A stretch of DNA of 60,116 bases from an uncultured Thermoanaerobaculia bacterium (GTDB lineage: Bacteria; Acidobacteriota; Thermoanaerobaculia; Multivoradales; J023): contig CAZCOV010000001.1 of assembly GCA_964499975.1 (NCBI GenBank), positions 1 through 60,116 on the forward strand. The letters run 5' to 3'. Shown piece by piece: positions 53,516-60,116 of the stretch. The number at the start of each line of letters is the position of its first letter. Position 1 is the first letter of the stretch. The translations under genes were made by a program, and so were the position numbers. Below the pieces are notes generated by a model that was not told the DNA's origin, made no database searches, and saw only the letters and a program-made list of their open reading frames with translations.

Positions 53516-55099
53516 TTAAAGCGGGATGTTGCCGTGCTTCTTTGGCGGCATGGTGGCCCGCTTGCTGCTCAGCTGGCGCAAGGCGCGGATCAAGTGCGTC
53601 CGGGTGGTTTTGGGCTCGATGATGGCGTCGATATACCCGCGTTCGGCAGCGATGTAGGGGTTCGAGAACTTGGCCCGGTAGTCGGCGATCCGCGCTTGAC
53701 GCAAGCGGGCACCGTCATCGCCCGCGGCTTGGAGTTCGCGGCGGTAGAGAATATTGACCGCCCCCTCGGGTCCCATCACCGCGATCTCCGCGGTCGGGAA
53801 AGCGAAGTTGGCGTCGGTGCGCAGGTGCTTGCTCGCCATCACACAATAAGCACCGCCATAAGCCTTGCGGGTGATCACGGTCAGCTTGGGCACGGTGGCC
53901 TCGGCATACGCGAAGAGCAACTTCGCCCCGTGCTTGATGATGCCGCCAAATTCCTGCTGGGTGCCGGGCAAGAACCCAGGGACGTCTTCCAACGTGATCA
54001 GCGGAATGTTGAAAGCATCGCAGAAACGGACGAAACGCGCGCCTTTGAGCGAGGCGTTGATGTCAAGGACGCCGGCGAGGTAGGCCGGCTGATTGGCCAC
54101 AATGCCCACCGGATGGTTGGCCAACCGGGCAAAGCCGACCACGATGTTGCGGGCATAATCGGCCTGAACTTCCAGGAACTGGCCATCGTCGACCACCCCG
54201 TGGATCAGCTTCTTGATGTCGTAAGGCTTGTTGGGATCGCTCGGGATCAGCTGGTTCAAGCTCTCGTCTTCGCGGCCGGGATCGTCCTGGCTGTGACCGA
54301 GCGGCGGATCTTCCAGGTTGTTGCTCGGGAGGTACGACATCAACTCGCGGATCGCGAGCAAACAAGCTGCGTCGTTGGGGCGGACGAAGTGCGCTACCCC
54401 GCTCTTGGCGTGGTGGGTCATGGCTCCGCCGAGCTCTTCCTTGGTCACTTCCTCGTGGGTCACGGTCTTGATCACGTCCGGGCCGGTCACGAACATGTAG
54501 CTGGTGTTCTCAACCATGAAAATGAAATCGGTGATCGCTGGCGAATAGACCGCACCTCCAGCACAAGGACCCATGATCGCGCTGATCTGCGGGACCACCC
54601 CGGACGCGAGGGTGTTGCGCAGAAAAATGTCCGCGTACCCGCCGAGCGAAGCCACCCCTTCCTGGATGCGCGCACCGCCCGAATCATTGACCCCGATCAC
54701 TGGCGCACCGTTCTCGACCGCAAGGTCCATGATCTTGCAGATCTTGCGCGCATTGGTCTCAGACAAGGAGCCGCCGAACACGGTGAAGTCCTGAGCAAAG
54801 ACGTAGACCAAGCGCCCTTCGATCGTGCCATAGCCGCAGACCACCCCATCTCCGGGAATACGCTGCTGGTCCATGCCGAAGTCCTGGCAGCGGTGAGTCA
54901 CCAGCGCATCGATCTCGACAAACGACTCGCCGTCGAGCAAGAGTTCGATCCGCTCGCGCGCGGTGAGCTTGCCTTCCTGATGCTGGCGTTCGATCCGCTC
55001 GGCTCCCCCACCCTGCCTGGCCTCGGCCAGACGGCGTCCCAGCTCGCTCAAAACTTCCTCTGCGCTGGTACTCGCGGTTGCAGTCTCTGGTTGACCCAT
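53516..55099 (-). CDS. Acyl-CoA carboxylase carboxyltransferase subunit (propionyl-CoA carboxylase beta / methylmalonyl-CoA carboxyltransferase family)
   Basis: Start at ATG 55099 ([10 protein letters not shown]). Motifs [54 protein letters not shown] and [14 protein letters not shown]. Confidence 0.9.
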   Translation of the reverse strand: MGQPETATASTSAEEVLSELGRRLAEARQGGGAERIERQHQEGKLTARERIELLLDGESFVEIDALVTHRCQDFGMDQQRIPGDGVVCGYGTIEGRLVYVFAQDFTVFGGSLSETNARKICKIMDLAVENGAPVIGVNDSGGARIQEGVASLGGYADIFLRNTLASGVVPQISAIMGPCAGGAVYSPAITDFIFMVENTSYMFVTGPDVIKTVTHEEVTKEELGGAMTHHAKSGVAHFVRPNDAACLLAIRELMSYLPSNNLEDPPLGHSQDDPGREDESLNQLIPSDPNKPYDIKKLIHGVVDDGQFLEVQADYARNIVVGFARLANHPVGIVANQPAYLAGVLDINASLKGARFVRFCDAFNIPLITLEDVPGFLPGTQQEFGGIIKHGAKLLFAYAEATVPKLTVITRKAYGGAYCVMASKHLRTDANFAFPTAEIAVMGPEGAVNILYRRELQAAGDDGARLRQARIADYRAKFSNPYIAAERGYIDAIIEPKTTRTHLIRALRQLSSKRATMPPKKHGNIPL

Positions 55100-55411
55100 A
55101 CTACCCCCTGATCTGGTTAGCGACTCCTGACGACCGTAAAAACGCAACGGCTGTTGCCTATCACAGTCGAGGTTCAAGACTCAATCCTGACAACTTGCGG
55201 AGGCAAATGCGCTACTCTAAGGGAGGCCGATGGCGGCGATAGCCTGCAGGTATGATCCTCCTTGGGTTTTCCCAGGAGACGGACCTGCAGGCGATGGTCA
55301 TAAGATGGTATGCAGATGGTCATGCGATGTTTTGCTGGCGCCCAGGCCGTTCGAGCATCGCTGCTCCAAGGTCGCCGCTCCGAGAAGCTGCTCCAAGAAT
55401 CTCAAGAATCT

Positions 55412-56152
55412 ATGGTCAAGGATGCTTTGAAACGGGTCCATCTGTTCCACGATTTGCCCGAGCCCGAGCTCGAGCGCCTGGCGGCGCTGTGTCGGTCTCA
55501 GGAAGTGGTCGAGAGCGAGATGGTCTTTCGCGAAGGCGAGCCTGCCACCGCGCTTTACATCACGGTTTCGGGCAAGGTGGCCTTGTTCAAAGACATGGTG
55601 GGCAAGCCGTTGCAGCTCCTCGACCGGCTGCAGCCTGGTGAGTTTTTTGGGGAGATGGGCTTGTTTGATGGCGCCCTGCGCACAGCTTCGGCTCAAGCGT
55701 CCGAACCTGGCCGCTTGCTCCGGATCGAACGGCAAGCGCTGCTCGACTTCCTTGAGGACCGGCCGGTCCTGGCGCTCAAGCTGCAGATGGCCGCCGCCCG
55801 TCGGCATAGCGCCAACGTGGCTGCAGCACTCGAACTCGGACAGCGGCGAGTCGTCCGCATCAAGATCAACCAACAAGTCCTCCTGGTGCTGGAAAACTCC
55901 GACGTGCGCCTGGCCGTGCTCGAGAATCTTTCCCCCGTGGGGCTGTGCCTGAGCCGTGCACCGAGCGACTGGCAGCCTGAGCGTTTGGTCAATTTTCGCT
56001 TGCGCAAGGGTGGCAGCGAGTTAGAAATTGCCGGTCGGGTGGCCTGGCGGCGCGGCGACGCCGTGGGAATCGCCTTCACCGACCGATCGCCGCACCAAGA
56101 CGCCAAAGTGCAAGCTGCCCTCCGCCGCATGCTCCACGGCGACCCGCTCTAG
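55412..56152 (+). CDS. Cyclic-nucleotide-binding domain + PilZ domain protein
   Basis: Start at ATG 55412 (MVKDALKRVHLF). cNMP domain: GEFFGEMGLFDGALRTASAQA. PilZ: RRVVR (RxxxR) and NLSPVG (D/NxSxxG). Confidence 0.8.
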   Translation: MVKDALKRVHLFHDLPEPELERLAALCRSQEVVESEMVFREGEPATALYITVSGKVALFKDMVGKPLQLLDRLQPGEFFGEMGLFDGALRTASAQASEPGRLLRIERQALLDFLEDRPVLALKLQMAAARRHSANVAAALELGQRRVVRIKINQQVLLVLENSDVRLAVLENLSPVGLCLSRAPSDWQPERLVNFRLRKGGSELEIAGRVAWRRGDAVGIAFTDRSPHQDAKVQAALRRMLHGDPL

Positions 56153-56227
56153 GTTGGCGATGCGGGTCAGGCTCGGATCTGCCCGCGACGGCGTCGCGGG
56201 CATGGGCGAGAAAACCGCTCTCAGCAC

Positions 56228-56896
56228 TCATTCCAGCACGACGATCACCACCCGGCGATTCTGAGCCCGACCTTCGCGCGTCGTGTTGTCAGCGATCGGC
56301 AGGCTCTCGCCGTAAGACATGGTCGCGATGCGATGGAGCGGAATCTCATGTTCGCGCCGCAAGTAGTCGCGCACTGCCAGCGCCCGATGCTCCCCCAGGT
56401 GTTGATTCCAAACGCTGTTGCCCGTGGCGTCGGTGTGACCTTGAACTTCGACGAAAACGCTGCGGTTTTCTTGTTTGAGGCGTTCACCCAAAGCATCGAG
56501 CGCGCTTCGCGCCCCGTCGCTGAGCGCTGCCTGGCCCACCCCAAAGTGAACCTGGTCGTCGGTCAGGACGGTTTCAAAGAGCAGCTTACCTTGTGCCAGC
56601 TTGCCGGCCTGACGCGCGCGTTCGAGCGCTTCGCGGGCGGTTTGCGACAAGGAGTTGATCTCACGGTCATGCTGGGCCACCTGCTCTTCGCTCCGCTCGA
56701 GGCGCGTTTGGGTCAGCTCAAGACTGGTGGCGATGGCGTCGGTCCGCTGCTCCACCGTGGACAGCTCCTGCGCCATCTCTTGGCGCACGAAGTTGCGGGT
56801 CGCGCAGCCGATTAAGAGCGCGGTGATCAAGCCTCCAACCAGCAGGAAAGACCCGGCGAGGCGCTTGCGATTGGGTTTGTAGGGGATGGTGTTCAT
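56228..56896 (-). CDS. OmpA-family lipoprotein with coiled-coil spacer
   Basis: 222 aa. Lipobox ALLIGC. OmpA C-terminal domain VEVQGHTDATGNSVWNQHLGEHRALAVRDYL...NRRVVIVV. Confidence 0.85.
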   Translation of the reverse strand: MNTIPYKPNRKRLAGSFLLVGGLITALLIGCATRNFVRQEMAQELSTVEQRTDAIATSLELTQTRLERSEEQVAQHDREINSLSQTAREALERARQAGKLAQGKLLFETVLTDDQVHFGVGQAALSDGARSALDALGERLKQENRSVFVEVQGHTDATGNSVWNQHLGEHRALAVRDYLRREHEIPLHRIATMSYGESLPIADNTTREGRAQNRRVVIVVLE

Positions 56897-57243
56897 GGTG
56901 TTCCTTCCTTTCTCTCCTAAACCGCACCAAACCGCGGTTCAGGTCAAAGCGGCCAAGAGCAACCTGGGTGCCAGCGCGAACCGCCACCCCAGGTCCATGG
57001 CCAGAAACCGCGAGCAGCCCGTGTTTTTAGGCTCTGGTGGTGCGGCCAGCCCTCGCTTGGGGATCGTGATCGCCCACGCCGATCGGGGAAATTTTCCCCG
57101 CTTTACCGCGGACTGCCGTCGCTCGCTACCTTGAAACCTCTCGCCACCTTGGGCCGCCCCTGACAGGACGAGGAAGAAGACCATTCTGCCGCTGCGGGGC
57201 GAGAATCTCTGATATCTTTTCTGCACTCAGGAGACGGAACGGG

Positions 57244-57897
57244 ATGCATCTCTTACCCGAAGAACCGCTGGACTTAGAGGAGCCGCCGGCCCCACGCGAG
57301 CTCGACCCGCAGGTTTTTGCCGCGCTCTTGCACTGGCTTGACCCCGACCGCGAAGTCGCAGCCCGCAGCTACGAGGGTTTGCGCACTCGCCTGATCCGCC
57401 TCTTTGCTTGGCGCGGCGCTGACGCCCCCGAAGAGCTGGCGGACTTGACCCTTGACCGCGTCGCGCTCAAAGTCAGCGCCGGGCTCGAACTAGCTGTCGG
57501 TGATCCTGTCCGCTATGTTTGCGGCGTGGCTTTTCTGGTGTTCAAGGAAGTGCTGCGGAAAAGCGAGCGGCAGCGCGAAAAACAGCAGCAGTACGCGTTC
57601 GAGCGCAACCGGCTCGCACCCGCAGACGAGACCGCGAGCGACGACCGACCCCTGCTTTGCCTCAACCACTGCCTCGCCACGCTCACGCCGCAAGACAAGG
57701 CCCTGATTTTGCGCTACCATGAAGGCAGCGATGGCCGCCGGATCCCTCGCCGCAAGGCATTGGCGGAGGAACTCGGGCTGCCGCTCAACGCCCTGCGGAT
57801 CCGTGCCCACCGCCTGCGTCAACGCCTCGAACAGTGTACCCGGCAGTGTTTGGCGCGAAATCTGGACGGAGGTCCCAGGCGAGGAGGAAACTCATGA
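57244..57897 (+). CDS. ECF-like sigma-70 family RNA polymerase sigma factor
   Basis: 217 aa. Region 2-like FAALLHWLDPDREVAARSYEGLRTRLIRLFAWRGADAPEELADLTLDRV. Region 4 HTH RRKALAEELGLPLNALRIRAHRLRQRL. Confidence 0.7.
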   Translation: MHLLPEEPLDLEEPPAPRELDPQVFAALLHWLDPDREVAARSYEGLRTRLIRLFAWRGADAPEELADLTLDRVALKVSAGLELAVGDPVRYVCGVAFLVFKEVLRKSERQREKQQQYAFERNRLAPADETASDDRPLLCLNHCLATLTPQDKALILRYHEGSDGRRIPRRKALAEELGLPLNALRIRAHRLRQRLEQCTRQCLARNLDGGPRRGGNS

Positions 57898-58655
57898 CCC
57901 AACTGGCTGCGTCCACTCTCCTCCCCCACCGCTTCTTGCGCGGCGAACTCAAGAGCGCGGAACGCGAGGAGTTCGAAGCCCAGCTGCTCGCGGATCCTGA
58001 CTTGTTCCAAGAGACCCTGCTCGCCGAAGACGATTTGCTCGATGACGTCGCCCAGGGCAACCTGCCAGCCTCCGCGCTGAGGTCGCTCGCGACCTTGCCC
58101 GACTTGAAACAGCGCCTAGCTTTCGCGCAGGCACTCGCCACCATAACGCGCACGCCCGTCGCACCACCGGAAGCGCAGGCAGAGCAGCCAGCGTGGCCGG
58201 CTCAACCGCCCCAGCGGCTTGCCCGCACGCGCTGGCTGGCCCTCGCTGCTTTGCTCACCCTCGCCTTGGGACTCGGCTTGTTGTGGCCCCGCGGACCCGC
58301 GCCGACCTCGCCTCCCCTGCAGTTCGTGCTCTCGGCCGACGTGGTGCGCAGCAACAACGCCGCGACCCCGACGCTCACTATCCCCCAGGCAGCCGTCAGC
58401 GCAGCCAAACCGGTCGAACTCTGGCTCGAAGTCGCGCCTGGGGATGCCGCCGCCCGCTTTGACGCCCAGCTGCTCGCCGCTGATGGCCGCTTGCTGCGCG
58501 CCTGGGATGGGCTCAGCCCGCGCAGCCTGGACGCCAGCCTTGCCGTAGTGTTGACCTTGCCCGCAGCAGACCTCTTGCCCGGTCCGCAGGCGCTCGTCTT
58601 AAACCTGGATTCGACTCCCGCTTACACGTTTGCTTTCACGGTGGTTCACCGCTGA
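57894..58655 (+). CDS. Putative anti-sigma factor (single-pass membrane protein)
   Basis: The ATGA overlaps the sigma-factor stop, with GAGGAGG 6 nt upstream. N-terminal FLRGELKSAEREEFEAQLLADPDLFQETLLAEDDLLDDV and TM segment WLALAALLTLALGLGLLW. Confidence 0.5.
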   Translation: MTQLAASTLLPHRFLRGELKSAEREEFEAQLLADPDLFQETLLAEDDLLDDVAQGNLPASALRSLATLPDLKQRLAFAQALATITRTPVAPPEAQAEQPAWPAQPPQRLARTRWLALAALLTLALGLGLLWPRGPAPTSPPLQFVLSADVVRSNNAATPTLTIPQAAVSAAKPVELWLEVAPGDAAARFDAQLLAADGRLLRAWDGLSPRSLDASLAVVLTLPAADLLPGPQALVLNLDSTPAYTFAFTVVHR

Positions 58656-60116
58656 TTCAGCGCAGCGCCGTTGCCACCCGCTAGCCAGCGCGCTCGGGTG
58701 GCTGTGGGTTTTCGGCTGGCTGTGGGTTTGCGGACTGGGAGCGCCAGCTGCTGCGAGCACGCCCCTGCTCAGCCCTGACACCACGCTCCGCGGCGAGCTG
58801 CGCGCACCGCAGGTCGCGCTTTTCGCGGTGACCGTCCCGGCCAACTCCTACCTCGAAATCGCAGCTGAGCAGTCGGGCGTCGACTTCGAAGTCCGCTTGC
58901 GCGCAGCCGTAGGCGAGGTGGTCAGCAGCGTCGACCGCATCGCGGACGCAAGCGAAACCGAATGGCTTTTTTGCGAAGTGAGCGCAGCAGGGACTTACCA
59001 GGTCGAGCTGCGCGCCAAGTCTGGCGCGGGTCACTACCGGGTCAAACTCGCCGATCTGCGGCCAGCCACCGCCGCAGACCGGCAGGCCATGCCGCAATGG
59101 GACGCTTATTACGTTGCTCGCGAACTGCAGCGCACCCGCCGCACCCGCCCCGACTTGCTCCGGGCAATCGAACTCTTCACGTCCACGTTGGCGACTTGGC
59201 AAGCGCTCGATCAGCCGTTGGTCGAAGCTTCAACTTTGGACAACATCGGCTTCGTTCATCGTCTGCTCGAACAAGTGAGCACTGCGGTCACGTTCTATGA
59301 GCTCGCCTTGCCCCTCTGGCGAAAAGCTGGCGACCGCATCAACGAAGCCAACACCTGGATCAACCTCGGGGCCGCACAGTATTATCTCGACGACTTGCGC
59401 GCCGCCCGCACCAGTTACGAACACGCCCTGGCGCTGCTGCGCAGCCCGAGCCCAGGATCGCTCAGGTTCGTGGCGAGCGCCCAAGACAACTTGGCGCAAG
59501 TCGATCAAGAAGAAGGCAAGCTCGCCTCCGCGCACAGCTGGCTGCGTTCGGCTTTGACCCTGCGCCAGCAAACCCAGGACGTGGTCGGGCAGGCCCGCAC
59601 CTTGAACAACCTCGGCTCGGTGGCCACCGACCTCGACAAGTTGGGCGATGCCCAGGGTTACCTCGAACAAGCCCTCGCCTTGGCTGCCCACATGGGCGAA
59701 GAGGGCGACCAGGCCGCCATCGAGGCCGCCATCTTCTCCAACCTCGGGATCGTGGCCCACCGCCGCGGCGAGCCGCAAGATGCGCTCGACTTCCTGCGTC
59801 AGTCGCTCGCCTTGAACCGCAAGCGCCAGGACCGCAAAGCCGAGGCGGATGTGCTGCGCAACCTCGGCAATGTTTACCTCGAACTCGGCGAACTGGACGG
59901 GGCGTTGCAGAATTTCAACGAAGCCCACGAGCTCAACCACCAACTGGGGCGCCGAGCGGACATGGCGCAAACCCTGCTCAGCGCCGGCTGGGTCCACGCC
60001 CAAGCCGGCCGTCCGGTCGCGCGCCCCGTGATCGAAAAAGCCATTGCGATCTTGCGCGAACTCGGTCCGCCGTTTTTTCTCGCTGCTGCGTGGGAAAAGT
60101 TGGGCAAGTCGCTGAA
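58630..60116 (+). CDS. Secreted/membrane TPR-repeat protein, 3'-partial (continues beyond the window; CHAT-type architecture possible)
   Basis: This frame is open from the TAA at 58600 to the window end and is absent from the ORF track because it has no stop. The TTG 58630 start is tentative. A hydrophobic N-terminus (LGWLWVFGWLWVCGLGAPAAA) is followed by at least 6 TPR-like units (NIGFVHRLLEQVSTAVTFYELAL, NNLGSVATDLDKLGDAQGYLEQAL, RNLGNVYLELGELDGALQNFNEA). The minus-strand ORF 59230-60003 is its shadow. Confidence 0.65.
   Translation, partial: MLSRWFTADSAQRRCHPLASALGWLWVFGWLWVCGLGAPAAASTPLLSPDTTLRGELRAPQVALFAVTVPANSYLEIAAEQSGVDFEVRLRAAVGEVVSSVDRIADASETEWLFCEVSAAGTYQVELRAKSGAGHYRVKLADLRPATAADRQAMPQWDAYYVARELQRTRRTRPDLLRAIELFTSTLATWQALDQPLVEASTLDNIGFVHRLLEQVSTAVTFYELALPLWRKAGDRINEANTWINLGAAQYYLDDLRAARTSYEHALALLRSPSPGSLRFVASAQDNLAQVDQEEGKLASAHSWLRSALTLRQQTQDVVGQARTLNNLGSVATDLDKLGDAQGYLEQALALAAHMGEEGDQAAIEAAIFSNLGIVAHRRGEPQDALDFLRQSLALNRKRQDRKAEADVLRNLGNVYLELGELDGALQNFNEAHELNHQLGRRADMAQTLLSAGWVHAQAGRPVARPVIEKAIAILRELGPPFFLAAAWEKLGKSL

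Noticed and set aside
53516-55099. Acyl-CoA carboxyltransferase as a dedicated extender-unit (methylmalonyl/ethylmalonyl-CoA) supplier for the PKS
   Set aside because: Both AT domains carry the malonyl-type HAFH signature. The gene is 18 kb from the cluster with no biotin carboxylase or BCCP partner nearby, so primary metabolism is the simpler explanation.
57094-57108. Near-palindrome GGGGAAATTTTCCCC upstream of the sigma factor gene as an operator or terminator
   Set aside because: A one-nucleotide loop makes an RNA hairpin implausible. There is no flanking U-tract and no second copy in the window. It could be a protein-binding site, but there is no support.

Overview
This is a visibly GC-rich bacterial chromosomal segment. 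The gene content (Ser/Thr kinase, DUF4388, TPR proteins, ECF sigma factor) is typical of Acidobacteria- or Myxococcota-like genomes, but the taxon is inference only. Positions 1 to about 35480 hold an apparently uncharacterised hybrid NRPS / modular type I PKS biosynthetic gene cluster. It contains a bimodular NRPS (dock-C-A-T-C-A*-T) and a stand-alone adenylation protein that has its own docking domain. It also contains two PKS megasynthases (KS-AT-KR-ACP, then KS-AT-DH-KR-ACP) and a large tailoring set. The tailoring genes are a B12-radical SAM enzyme, an O-methyltransferase, two P450s, a JmjC/cupin oxygenase, a TauD/SyrP-like oxygenase, an SDR sugar epimerase/dehydratase, an MGT-type glycosyltransferase and an ATP-grasp ligase. 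A SyrD-like ABC exporter is co-transcribed with a DUF697 protein and an SPFH/prohibitin protein. No thioesterase, loading module, MbtH or PPTase is visible, and the cluster probably continues left of position 1. Positions 35.5-60 kb carry mostly ordinary genes:
- a decayed toxin-antitoxin locus, an amidohydrolase and a small Cys-rich peptide with a Gly-Gly leader;
- a molybdopterin oxidoreductase subunit with a cyclase;
- a Ser/Thr kinase-DUF4388-TPR-DUF1844 block;
- mazG, an SGNH esterase, an aminotransferase with an Ldh_2 reductase, and an acyl-CoA carboxyltransferase;
- a cNMP-PilZ protein, an OmpA-like lipoprotein, and an ECF sigma / anti-sigma / TPR protein set that runs off the right edge.
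Three observations stand out. (1) A four-helix-bundle (23S-IVS/Avd-like) gene module is bracketed by two 54-bp nonamer arrays and is fused in frame, with no stop codon, onto the 5' end of the cluster O-methyltransferase. (2) NRPS module 2 has a decayed A domain and is followed by a translationally coupled stand-alone A domain carrying a TubC-like docking domain. (3) Short tandem repeats (9-33 bp units) recur at gene starts, gene ends and inside PKS linkers. All calls rest on motifs read by eye; no searches were run.
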